NCBI GenBank assembly: GCA_964387675.1
Contig: CAYLWL010000001.1
Location: 74,819-138,818, forward strand
Length of the DNA stretch: 64,000 nucleotides
Source of the DNA: an uncultured Candidatus Saccharibacteria bacterium
GTDB taxonomy: Bacteria; Patescibacteriota; Minisyncoccia; UBA6257; 2-01-FULL-56-20
Direction: 5' to 3'
Program-made: the position numbers and the translations under genes
The notes under the pieces: model-generated
Told to the model about the DNA's origin: nothing
The model's database searches: none
What the model saw: only the letters and a program-made list of their open reading frames with translations
Part shown: positions 54,894-63,391 of the stretch, piece by piece
Layout: each line of letters begins with the position of its first letter
Position numbering within the stretch: the stretch's first letter is position 1

Positions 54894-54920
54894 AGCAAAT
54901 ACTTAAAATCGCAAGGGATT

Positions 54921-55033
54921 TCGAACCTGCGCTTGGCGAGCCGCGCCGTGCGCGGCGAGCCAGTGTTTCCATACCTTTCCGCGCTTCGCGCGGCAAAATC
55001 CATTGGCAAAATTTCTGAAAGTTTAATACTGGT
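54921..55033. repeat. IR-A' (inverted copy of IR-A)
   Basis: Reverse complement of 53368-53480, including 'CACCAGTATTAAAC' derived from the tRNA 3' end. Confidence 0.8.
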
Positions 55034-55182
55034 GCGTTTGTTTGACGAAATCCGAACCTTTTTTGAACAGAACTGACCGCCTCCGCTTCGCTCCAGCGGA
55101 ACGCTCGGGCGCGGCGGAATTCCCCCCTTGAACCCCCCTTCCGCCGCGCCCTCGCAAGAGGCCAGAATTTTTTCGCCGCCAA
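55034..55182. repeat. IR-B (GC-rich ~150 bp), left inverted repeat flanking the cargo genes
   Basis: Near-perfect reverse complement of 56766-56911. Confidence 0.8.
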
Positions 55183-55260
55183 TCCAATTAAGAAATGATT
55201 AAGCATAGTTATACTATAGTATAACCGTTGTCCAACAAAACAACAAGTGATAAACTGTGT

Positions 55261-55476
55261 ATGAAGAATATGCAAGAAATATCAAAGAAATTAGGCGAGA
55301 ACTTGAAAAAGGTTCGCGCCAAGAAAAAATTGTCGCAAGGAGCTTTAGCGCGGCTTTTAGAGGTTGATAAGGGCTATGTAAGCAACATTGAGAGTGGTAA
55401 GAAAAATCCTACCCTTGCGACAATTCAACGATTAGCTGACGCGCTCGGTGTGACGGCTGATGAACTATTGAAATAA
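55261..55476 (+). CDS. XRE-family helix-turn-helix transcriptional regulator
   Basis: 'LSQGALARLLEVDKGYVSNIESGKKNPTLATIQRLADALGV'. AT-rich cargo. Confidence 0.75.
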   Translation: MKNMQEISKKLGENLKKVRAKKKLSQGALARLLEVDKGYVSNIESGKKNPTLATIQRLADALGVTADELLK

Positions 55477-55477
55477 T

Positions 55478-55966
55478 ATGGTTTACTTTCGCGAACAAGA
55501 AAAATTTAGAGCGCGCGCAGAAGAATTATTTTTGAAAGAGCAAAAAAGAATTTTGCGCGTTGTTCCAAAGGCAGATATTCAGCACATCGGAAGCACTGCG
55601 GTTCCCGGCTCTCTAACAAAGGGCGACCTTGATATTCAGGTTAGAGTTAAAGAAAAAGATTTTGATAAAGCGCAAAATGCTCTTTCAAAAATGTATAAAC
55701 CAAATAAAGGAAATCCTTCCACGAAAACGTATGCGAGCTTTAAGGATGACAGTACAAAAATTCCTCTTGGGGTTCAGCTAACAGTTATTGGTTCTAAAGA
55801 GGATAATTTTACGACTTTGAGAGATATTTTGATACGCGATAAAAAACATCTGAAAGAATATAACTCCCTGAAAAAGCGGTACCAAGGAAAATCAATGCAA
55901 GAATACCGAAAAGCTAAAGGAAAGCTTGTTGGAAAAATTTTGAAATCAAAAACCAAGAGAGTATGA
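55478..55966 (+). CDS. GrpB/UPF0157-family nucleotidyltransferase-fold protein
   Basis: 'HIGSTAVPG...KGDLDIQV'. Confidence 0.6.
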   Translation: MVYFREQEKFRARAEELFLKEQKRILRVVPKADIQHIGSTAVPGSLTKGDLDIQVRVKEKDFDKAQNALSKMYKPNKGNPSTKTYASFKDDSTKIPLGVQLTVIGSKEDNFTTLRDILIRDKKHLKEYNSLKKRYQGKSMQEYRKAKGKLVGKILKSKTKRV

Positions 55967-56754
55967 AAAAGGATATTAACCTACGAACAACTTTCAATAA
56001 CGAAGCGGAGCTATATCGTGTAATCAGGCCGCGCTATCCAGAAGAACTTTTTGTCGCACTCGTTAAAAATGCTCAATTGCAAAGCGATGCGAAGTTGTTA
56101 GAAATTGGCCCGGGAACGGGCCAAGCGACAGAACCGCTTGCAAGGCGCGGCTACGACATAACCGCAATTGAGCTTGGTGCCGATCTTGCTGAAGTCGCAC
56201 AAAAAGTTTTGGCAAGGTATGCAAACGTAAAAATAATCACAGGCGCATTTGAGGATGTCGAACTTCAATTAGAATCTTTTGATTTAGTTTATGCGGCAAC
56301 TGCTTTTCACTGGATAAAGCCGGAAGTAAAATTTTTCAAGCCGCATAAACTTTTAAAAAAGGGTGGACACTTAGCAATTATTGGTACAAATCATGTTTCC
56401 GATGAGAAGGGCGACGAATTTTTCTTTGCCTCACAACCTATTTATAAAAAGTACAAACCCGGTGGGAAGCATGACGATAATTTCCGTTTGAAGCGCGCCG
56501 ATGAATTGAAAGCGGACGAAGTAGACGAAAATCTTTTTGCCCCTGTTTTCTTCCACGCTTTCCCGCTCGTTGTACCTTTTTCTGCGAAAGAATACGCTCA
56601 ATTGTTGAATACCTACTCACCAACTATATCAATGGAGCCAGATCAACGAGCGGGATTTTTGGAAGAAATAGAAAAGCTGATCGAAGAAAAATTCGTCGGT
56701 AGTATTCAAAAACACTTCGCGATGACTTTGACGATGGCGAAGAAAAAGAGCTAA
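55963..56754 (+). CDS. class I SAM-dependent methyltransferase
   Basis: Motif I 'LLEIGPGTGQAT', 263 aa. Confidence 0.7.
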   Translation: MKKDINLRTTFNNEAELYRVIRPRYPEELFVALVKNAQLQSDAKLLEIGPGTGQATEPLARRGYDITAIELGADLAEVAQKVLARYANVKIITGAFEDVELQLESFDLVYAATAFHWIKPEVKFFKPHKLLKKGGHLAIIGTNHVSDEKGDEFFFASQPIYKKYKPGGKHDDNFRLKRADELKADEVDENLFAPVFFHAFPLVVPFSAKEYAQLLNTYSPTISMEPDQRAGFLEEIEKLIEEKFVGSIQKHFAMTLTMAKKKS

Positions 56755-56765
56755 TATATTTCTGT

Positions 56766-56911
56766 TTGGCGGCGAAAAAATTCTGGCCTCCCGCGAGGGC
56801 GCGGCGGAAGGGGGGTTCAAGGGGGGAATTCCGCCGCGCCCGAGCGTTCCGCTGGAGCGAAGCGGAGGCGGTCAGTTCTGTTCAAAAAAGGTTCGGATTT
56901 CGTCAAACAAA
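56766..56911. repeat. IR-B' (inverted copy of IR-B)
   Basis: Reverse complement of 55034-55182 with a few substitutions. It is followed by A2 (56912-57080), a divergent (about 70% identical) copy of IR-A. Confidence 0.8.
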
Positions 56912-57270
56912 CGCACCAAAACCATACTTTTCGGTTTTTTGGAAGCCAAAATGCGGGACGCGCGAAGCGCGTCCCAAGGATTCCCGTCGAATTTCCCAAA
57001 CGAATTCAGAATTTTTGGCGCGCTGGCGCGCACCTGTCTTTCGCCGAGGAGGAGGTTCGAGCCAAAGATTTCTTTGGCTTTGACCTTTTTTGCAAGCAGG
57101 TCATCATCAGAAGCAATTTTGTCCAATGATTGTGCGTCTTTTATCCATTCTTTCATCGGTTCGAGCCAATCATTCTGCTTGTGTGAAAAAGAGGTCATTT
57201 CTTCTTGGAGAGACTTCTTTTCAGATAACAACTTTGCTTTTTGATTTCGATAATCTTGCTCGTCAATCAC
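56872..57270 (-). pseudogene. truncated second copy of the serine recombinase (C-terminal ~130 codons only)
   Basis: 'YRNQKAKLLSEKKSL...KQNDWLEP...AKEIFGSNL' aligns with the C-terminus of 53328..54893. The N-terminal portion is replaced by the IS200-like element. Confidence 0.65.
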
Positions 57271-57274
57271 TTGG

Positions 57275-57855
57275 TCTAACCTCGCGGGAGCTCCCCGCCT
57301 GTAAAGGCGGGGGTGTGAGCAGGGTCCCGCATCTTCCCGTACAATGAAAATGAATGAAACTACACAAACAAGCCCACGCGGTGTACAAAACCCAGTACCA
57401 TATTGTCTGGGTGACCAGATTCCGCCGAGCTATTTTGAACGAAGGGGTTCAGGCCTACCTCAAGCTGAAGCTCGCGGAGGCGAGGAAATACTACCCCGAC
57501 TGGTACTACGAGGAAATCGGCGTGGCAAGGGATCATCTCCGTCTGCATATGGTCATCCCGCCGAAATACAGCGCGAGCTTTGTCATCGAGACGCTCAAGA
57601 AAAATACGAGCAGGCACCTCCGCGAGCGGTTTCCATTCCTCGACGAGGTGTATTGGGATCGCGGCGGAATCTGGTCCAAGGGATACTTCGTCTCAACCGT
57701 GGGAGCGAACGAAGCGGTTATCAAACGCTACGTTGCCATGCAAGGTCGGGAAGATGCGGGACAAGCGAAGCTTGAATTCCGCTAAGTACCACGGCTGTAA
57801 AGCCATGGGTATCTATTGCACGAGGCCAGTTTCGCTGGCCTCGTGCTGATCTGCC
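57275..57855 (+). mobile_element. IS200/IS605-family insertion sequence (tnpA only)
   Basis: LE hairpin 'CCCCGCCTGTAAAGGCGGGGG' at about 57295, RE hairpin 'CACGAGGCCAGTTTCGCTGGCCTCGTG' at about 57813. Boundaries are approximate. Confidence 0.6.
57354..57785 (+). CDS. tnpA: IS200/IS605-family Y1 (HUH) transposase TnpA
   Basis: 'YHIVWVTRFRR', 'HLRLHMVIPP', 'GYFVSTVG' and 'KRYVAMQ'. Confidence 0.85.
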   Translation: MKLHKQAHAVYKTQYHIVWVTRFRRAILNEGVQAYLKLKLAEARKYYPDWYYEEIGVARDHLRLHMVIPPKYSASFVIETLKKNTSRHLRERFPFLDEVYWDRGGIWSKGYFVSTVGANEAVIKRYVAMQGREDAGQAKLEFR

Positions 57856-57918
57856 GCCGCCTTTTTGAAAAAATTGCCACCGGATTTCGTGCCGGTCAAA
57901 GACTGGCGCGCCGCCTAA

Positions 57919-58572
57919 TTAGTCCGTAAGCGAGGCTTTAGTGAGGATAACTAAATATTTCTCAAAATAACCCCCGTCTTCTTCGGCATCAAATTTTTTA
58001 TGTTCTACCCTTAAGCCAAATGAAGCCGCGGCTTCAAAGAATGCTTTATATTTCCTCAAAAATTCTTCCTCCGACTCTGCTTTAAAAGGATATAGCTTTG
58101 CCTCACCGCCCACTTTCAAGACACGGGCAATTTCCGATAGCCAGTTCAATACTTGTTGTTTATGTTCTTGCCTTAATTTCTGATGCATATCCTGCTTTTC
58201 TTCCGCCCATTCTAAATAACTTGGTTCTGAAAATCGAGAAACAGAATATAATCCGAAAATTCTGTCAAATGTTTTATCTTTGAATGGTAATGCTTCGGCT
58301 TCACCAGCAACAGATTTTCTTTGCCAATCTGGCAGACGAGTAACTTTTTGCCTCATTTTGGTTTTATAGTACTCTGGATTTAGAGATACAACATTAGTAT
58401 TTTGATCAGCCAATTCTCTCGATAGGTTTTCATTTTCCCCTGAACCCAAATCGAGAACTTTTTTTCCAGCTAACTCGCCGCGTTTAAAATCCAAAGCCTT
58501 CTCGTAATCTGAAAGGCTCCTGCCTGTAGGTATGGTGGTTTTTTCGGTTGTGCCCTCCCAATATTTTTCCAT
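57919..58572 (-). CDS. class I SAM-dependent methyltransferase
   Basis: Motif I 'VLDLGSGEN' with downstream 'FDRIF'. Confidence 0.6.
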   Translation of the reverse strand: MEKYWEGTTEKTTIPTGRSLSDYEKALDFKRGELAGKKVLDLGSGENENLSRELADQNTNVVSLNPEYYKTKMRQKVTRLPDWQRKSVAGEAEALPFKDKTFDRIFGLYSVSRFSEPSYLEWAEEKQDMHQKLRQEHKQQVLNWLSEIARVLKVGGEAKLYPFKAESEEEFLRKYKAFFEAAASFGLRVEHKKFDAEEDGGYFEKYLVILTKASLTD

Positions 58573-58789
58573 ATTCTAAGGCGTTTATGATTTATTAAAT
58601 TTTAGCGGTTTTTATATCGAAAAGAAAGGGCCCGCGAAATCTCGAATTGAGATAGTCACGGGCCCAGATGCCAGATGAGAGAATAGCCGAACTTTACGGA
58701 ACTCTGGCGAGTTCCGCGAACTCGTTGCAAGCCCGCGAACCATTAGCACCACCTCGGCGTAGTTCCAATCTTGCTGATATACGGGTTAT

Positions 58790-58818
58790 TGACGCCCGTT
58801 CGTTTTTGAGATACGATA
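58790..58818 (+). promoter_or_regulatory. sigma70-like promoter (TTGACG-N17-TACGAT) inside direct repeat DR-L
   Basis: A second similar promoter (TTGACT-N18-TATGCT) lies at 59504-59533 inside DR-R. Confidence 0.45.
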
Positions 58819-58863
58819 AACGTAATTAAAGAGTCGCTTATTCCTAAAAGTTCATTCGGATCA
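58790..58863. repeat. DR-L: ~75-bp direct repeat (promoter plus leader 'TTAAAGAGTCRCTTATTCCTAAAA') upstream of the 2-gene cassette
   Basis: About 75% identical to 59504-59575. Confidence 0.6.
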
Positions 58864-59067
58864 ATGAAAACTAACCTCAACAATATTGATTTAGGGAAAA
58901 TAGCGAAAGAGCTCCGACGTTTTGAGGAACAGTGGGTTGCTATTTCCGAAAACAACGAAATCGTGGCGAGCGGGAATACCTATGGAGAAACCGTGGATAG
59001 GGTGAAGAATCCCGACGAGGTGATTCTTTTTAAGGTGCCTGCTTTGGACTATTCTCTTGCTCCATAA
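58864..59067 (+). CDS. small DUF5678-like protein (67 aa)
   Basis: '...QWVAISENNEIVASGNTYGETVDRV...VILFKVP'. The family assignment is tentative. Confidence 0.4.
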   Translation: MKTNLNNIDLGKIAKELRRFEEQWVAISENNEIVASGNTYGETVDRVKNPDEVILFKVPALDYSLAP

Positions 59068-59072
59068 AGGGG

Positions 59073-59492
59073 ATGAAGTTTCGGTATCAGAAGTTTATTA
59101 TCGGAGGCCATGATCCCCACAAGCCGCTTATCGCGAGGCCGTATATTCCAGTTTCTCTTTTGGGAAAGAATAGAAAGACCCGTAGCCCCTATTACGCCTT
59201 GCTCGACTCTGGTGCGGACCGGATCATTTTCCCTGCGGACTTGGCAGTTGAAATTGGTATCAACGATATCACCACGGGGAATCTTGAGCCAACCGTCGGT
59301 ATCGCAAACCAAAAAGCAGATGTATTTTATCACCACCTTGCCCTTCAGGTAATGGGAGATCAAAGAATTTTGCCTTCAGAAGTCGGGTTTTCCAAGGAGA
59401 TATATCTGCCGATACTAGGCCGATCTTTCTTTGCGCATTTTAAGGCAGTAATCTTTACCGAGGCAAAAGAAGAGGTTGAACTGAAAAACTGA
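59073..59492 (+). CDS. retropepsin-like aspartic protease
   Basis: Active-site motif 'LLDSGADRIIFP' (D-S/T-G-A). 139 aa, starts 6 nt after the preceding gene. Confidence 0.6.
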   Translation: MKFRYQKFIIGGHDPHKPLIARPYIPVSLLGKNRKTRSPYYALLDSGADRIIFPADLAVEIGINDITTGNLEPTVGIANQKADVFYHHLALQVMGDQRILPSEVGFSKEIYLPILGRSFFAHFKAVIFTEAKEEVELKN

Positions 59493-59503
59493 ACAGTTCG
59501 ATA

Positions 59504-59575
59504 TTTGACTCTCCCGTTGGTTTCGGTATATGCTTACGACATCGTTAAAGAGTCACTTATTCCTAAAAAACTCAT
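59504..59575. repeat. DR-R (second copy of the promoter/leader repeat)
   Basis: See DR-L. Confidence 0.6.
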
Positions 59576-59668
59576 GGGAGCAATCGCTAATAACGCGAAT
59601 AAAAGCAAATAACGCAGATAATAATTCGCGTTATTAATTAAAAGATTCGAGTTATTCGCGACTACTCC
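59576..59668. repeat. Family-1 palindromic MITE-like element, copy 4
   Basis: TIRs 'GGGAGCAATCGCTAATAACGCGAAT' and 'GATTCGAGTTATTCGCGACTACTCC'. Confidence 0.7.
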
Positions 59669-59699
59669 AAATTTATGAAGAATTTAGGTTTTAAATTAA

Positions 59700-61223
59700 A
59701 TGATCGAAACGGCACTATACATCATTGCCGGCCTTTTGGTCGGTTTTACGCTAGGGTATCTCGTTCGCAGGTTCGTTGCGATAAAACAACTCGGATCGAT
59801 CGAGGATAAAATCCGGAGGTCGGCCGAAGAAGCGGAAACCCGGGCGAAAGAAATCATCATCGAGGCGAAGGAAAAAGGTGCCTCGCTTTTGGTTGAGGCG
59901 AAGAACGAAGAAAGGCAAAGACGGAAAGAGATAGAGTCGCTTGAATCGCGCCTGATGGGCCGCGAGGACGCGCTCGACAAAAAACTCGCCTCCGTGAGCG
60001 CCGAAGAAAAAGACGTCCGCGCCAAAGCCGACGCCTTGAAGCAGAGAGAGGAGGAATTCAACGCGCTGGAAACAGAGATGCAGTCGAAACTCGAATCCGT
60101 AGGCCGCCTTACCGCGAGCGAGGCCCGGGAAGAATTGTTCAAGCAGATCAAAGAAGCAAGAAATCAGGACCTCACGAGATTAATAGAGAAAATCGACAAA
60201 GAGAACAGGGAAGAGGTCGAGAAGAAGTCGATGGAGATCATCACAACCGCCCTCCAGCGATATTCCCGATCACATGTTTCGGAGATCACGACTACCGCTT
60301 TCCATCTTGCCGATGAAGAATTGAAGGGCAAGATTATCGGCCGCGAAGGGAGAAATATCAGGGCTCTCGAGAAAGCGACCGGAGTCGAGTTCGTGATCGA
60401 CGAGACGCCGGACACGATTATCATTTCTTCGTTTGATCCGTACCGGCGGGAAATAGCGCGGATGGCGCTTGATAAGCTGATCAAAGACGGCCGCATCCAG
60501 CCGGCGAAGGTCGAGGAAAAAGTGGAAGAGGCGAAGTCGGAGCTTACGGAGCGCACGAGAGAGATCGGGGCCGCCGCCGCGGAAGAAGTCGGCGTGTTCG
60601 ACTTGCCGAAAGAGATTTTACAGCTCGTGGGGAGGTTGCATTTTCGAACGAGTTTCGGCCAAAATGTGTTGACCCATTCGATCGAGATGGCGCATATCGC
60701 GACTATGATGGCCGGCGAACTTGGTTTGAATGTTGACATCGCGAAGCGCGGGGCGTTACTCCACGACATCGGCAAGGCCATCGACCACGAGGTGGAAGGG
60801 ACGCACGTGGAGCTGGGCCGCAAGATTCTGAAGAAATACGGGATCAACGAGAAAGTGATCGAAGCGATGCAATCCCACCACGAGGACTACCCCTACGCCA
60901 TTCCGGAAGCGTACGTCGTGACCGCCGCGGACATCTTGTCCGCCGCGCGCCCGGGAGCTCGCCGCGGGACTGTGGAAAACTATATTAAGCGTTTGGCCGA
61001 CCTCGAGCGCATCGCCACCGACTTTCCGGGCGTCAAAAACGCTTATGCCATATCGGCCGGAAGGGAACTCCGGGTGTTCGTGATCCCCGAGAAGATCGAC
61101 GACTTCCGGGCGCTCGAGCTTGCCCGCGAGATTGCCAACAGGATCCAATCCGAGTTAAAATACCCGGGAGAGATTAAAGTCAATGTCATCCGGGAAATGA
61201 GGGCGGTCGAGTACGCCCGGTAA
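59700..61223 (+). CDS. rny: ribonuclease Y
   Basis: N-terminal TM, coiled coil, KH domain ('IIGREGRNIRALE') and HD domain ('HSIEMAHIA...LLHDIGKA'). Confidence 0.9.
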   Translation: MIETALYIIAGLLVGFTLGYLVRRFVAIKQLGSIEDKIRRSAEEAETRAKEIIIEAKEKGASLLVEAKNEERQRRKEIESLESRLMGREDALDKKLASVSAEEKDVRAKADALKQREEEFNALETEMQSKLESVGRLTASEAREELFKQIKEARNQDLTRLIEKIDKENREEVEKKSMEIITTALQRYSRSHVSEITTTAFHLADEELKGKIIGREGRNIRALEKATGVEFVIDETPDTIIISSFDPYRREIARMALDKLIKDGRIQPAKVEEKVEEAKSELTERTREIGAAAAEEVGVFDLPKEILQLVGRLHFRTSFGQNVLTHSIEMAHIATMMAGELGLNVDIAKRGALLHDIGKAIDHEVEGTHVELGRKILKKYGINEKVIEAMQSHHEDYPYAIPEAYVVTAADILSAARPGARRGTVENYIKRLADLERIATDFPGVKNAYAISAGRELRVFVIPEKIDDFRALELAREIANRIQSELKYPGEIKVNVIREMRAVEYAR

Positions 61224-61227
61224 AAAG

Positions 61228-61294
61228 CGTCAAGTATCAAGTGTCATGTATCAAGAGTTTTTATCATGACACCTGACACCTGACACCTGACACA
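61228..61294. repeat. TGACAC/GTGTCA repeat hairpin between rny and the downstream gene
   Basis: 'GTCAAGTATCAAGTGTCATG...CATGACACCTGACACCTGACACCTGACAC' is an inverted arrangement ending at the ATG of the next gene. Confidence 0.6.
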
Positions 61295-62641
61295 ATGTTG
61301 TTAAAACTATCTAAATTCTTTCTCTACGCTTCGGTATTTGCCGTTTTGATCGTGATGATTTCGGCCTTTTTCCCGTTTATCGGCGGAAAGGATTATTATT
61401 TCAGATTCACGGTTGAGTTGGCTTTGATTTGTTTCGTGCTTTGGTGGGGATTCGTGGCAGAGCCCGGCGCCGCGCGCAAGATGGCAAAAGCATCTTTCGC
61501 GAAGCCGATGTTCATAGCCGTTTCGCTTTTTGTTCTTGTGTTCCTTTTGGCGTCGGCATTCGCGTATGATCCCGTTTCGGCTTTTTGGTCTAATTATGAG
61601 CGGGGAGAAGGGGGGTTTCAGATGATTCACTATTACGCTTTCTTCGTGCTCCTTTCTCTTTTATTCACGACGAAAGAAGATTGGGCGATGTTAATGAAGG
61701 TTTCGGTCATGGCGGCGGTTTTCATGATCCTCTATGGCGTTCTTGCGAATCTTGGTTTGGTGAAAACGTTCATCAGCGTATATCAAGAAGGAACGCCGCC
61801 GGCGGGCGTTTGGAGCCGGTTGACGCAAGGAAGGTTCCAGGGGTCGTTGGGAAACCCGGCGTATGTGGCTCCATATCTTTTATTTTCGCTTTTTTATCTT
61901 GCGTATCTTTGGGTGAGTAGGTCGGCGAAGACCGTATTGAGCGGTCTGGGGTACGGCGGATTGGCTTTGGTCTTCTTGTTCTTGTTTGTTTTAAGCCAGA
62001 CGAGAGGCGCCTTTGTCGGTTTGGGAACCGCGGTCTTCGTTTTTTTGGCATATCTTGCTTGGCACTCGAAGGATTTGAGAAAATGGCTTCTGTCGATTCT
62101 CGTCGTATGCGTGGCGCTCGTCTCGGGATTGATCTATTATCACGACTCGGCTTTTGTGAAGAAGCTGCCGGGCGGCAGAATCTTCGACATATCGATTTCT
62201 GATCAAACAGTCACGACCCGTTTGTGGACGTGGGGATCCGCGTGGGAGGGGTTCAAAGAGAGACCGATTTTGGGATGGGGGCCGGAAAACTTCAGCGCCG
62301 TGTTCGACAAATATTTCAATCCGGGCCACTACGTTCCGGGCAAAAACACGGAAACGTGGTTCGACCGGGCGCATAGCTTGTACTTCGACGCCCTTGTTGA
62401 GACCGGCGCTCTGGGATTCCTGTCATACTTCGGGATTTTCGCGGTGCTTTTTTGGCAACTGGCCCGCTTCTCCGCGAACAACGTTCGAAGCGCCGTCGTT
62501 CAAAAAGGGTTGATCATCGCGCTTTCTCTGGGATACCTGGTGCAGGGACTTGCCATTTTCGACGTACTGCCCATTTATATCAATCTTTTCTTGTTTTTCG
62601 CGTTCAGCAACTTTTATGTAAACCAATATGAATCCCGTTAG
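61295..62641 (+). CDS. O-antigen ligase/polymerase-family membrane protein (Wzy_C)
   Basis: About 12 TM helices with the 'SQTRGAFVGLG' motif region. The TAG stop lies in the family-2 element arm. Confidence 0.65.
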   Translation: MLLKLSKFFLYASVFAVLIVMISAFFPFIGGKDYYFRFTVELALICFVLWWGFVAEPGAARKMAKASFAKPMFIAVSLFVLVFLLASAFAYDPVSAFWSNYERGEGGFQMIHYYAFFVLLSLLFTTKEDWAMLMKVSVMAAVFMILYGVLANLGLVKTFISVYQEGTPPAGVWSRLTQGRFQGSLGNPAYVAPYLLFSLFYLAYLWVSRSAKTVLSGLGYGGLALVFLFLFVLSQTRGAFVGLGTAVFVFLAYLAWHSKDLRKWLLSILVVCVALVSGLIYYHDSAFVKKLPGGRIFDISISDQTVTTRLWTWGSAWEGFKERPILGWGPENFSAVFDKYFNPGHYVPGKNTETWFDRAHSLYFDALVETGALGFLSYFGIFAVLFWQLARFSANNVRSAVVQKGLIIALSLGYLVQGLAIFDVLPIYINLFLFFAFSNFYVNQYESR

Positions 62642-62746
62642 AAGCCGCGATCACTCTGCCAAATAAAAAAGTTTACCATATGTATAGTCGTCACCATAAA
62701 ATAATCTGCAGATTTGCGAAGATTGCGATCTGCTTCTAACGGGATG
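62633..62746. repeat. Family-2 hairpin element, copy C
   Basis: Arms 'TCCCGTTAGAAGC' (contains the upstream TAG stop) and 'GCTTCTAACGGGATG' (contains the downstream ATG). Confidence 0.7.
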
Positions 62747-63373
62747 AATCAGCCACTCGCTAGGAAAGCGTGCGCGGTCTTACTCTCCGCCTTTATTCTT
62801 CTCGGCGCCTATTACGGCAGTTTTTTGCCGATGAGAAAGTCGCAGATTTTTATCTCGGCGATGAGGGATCTGCGCTCCGTGACCTCCGTTGCCGAATTCA
62901 AGAATGTTTTTGCCCGTCCGCTGGGCGTTCCTTCTCCTATCGGTCAGGAAGAGCTGGTTCGCAACGGCGCGAACACGGTGCTCAACGTTCTTCAGCAGAC
63001 CGACAAGCCGGAGGTCATAGCGGAGCTTATGGACTTCGTCGAGAGCTCGTATCGGCCGATCATCGAACGGGGTCGAGGCATGAGCTTCGAGCAGAATTTA
63101 TATATTATGGGAACGTTGAACGAACTGGCATTTATCAAGACCCAGGACAACAAATATTTCGCCGCCGCCAAAAGTTATTACAGCGAAGGACTCAAGCTCG
63201 GTCCAAAGCGGCCGCAATTCCTCTACGGCCTCTTCGACATTTACCGGATAGAGGGAAATGTTGAGGCCACCAAGGAAATTGCCGCGCAGATACTTTCGCA
63301 ATGGCCCGAAGATCAGCGCACCAAAGACGCCCTCGACGAGTTCATGCAGAAGATATTGACGGTTAAGAAATAA
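62744..63373 (+). CDS. membrane-anchored hypothetical protein (helical, possibly TPR-like)
   Basis: Start at the ATG inside the family-2 arm; N-terminal TM. Confidence 0.4.
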   Translation: MNQPLARKACAVLLSAFILLGAYYGSFLPMRKSQIFISAMRDLRSVTSVAEFKNVFARPLGVPSPIGQEELVRNGANTVLNVLQQTDKPEVIAELMDFVESSYRPIIERGRGMSFEQNLYIMGTLNELAFIKTQDNKYFAAAKSYYSEGLKLGPKRPQFLYGLFDIYRIEGNVEATKEIAAQILSQWPEDQRTKDALDEFMQKILTVKK

Positions 63374-63391
63374 GGTGATAGAATAGGGGGA

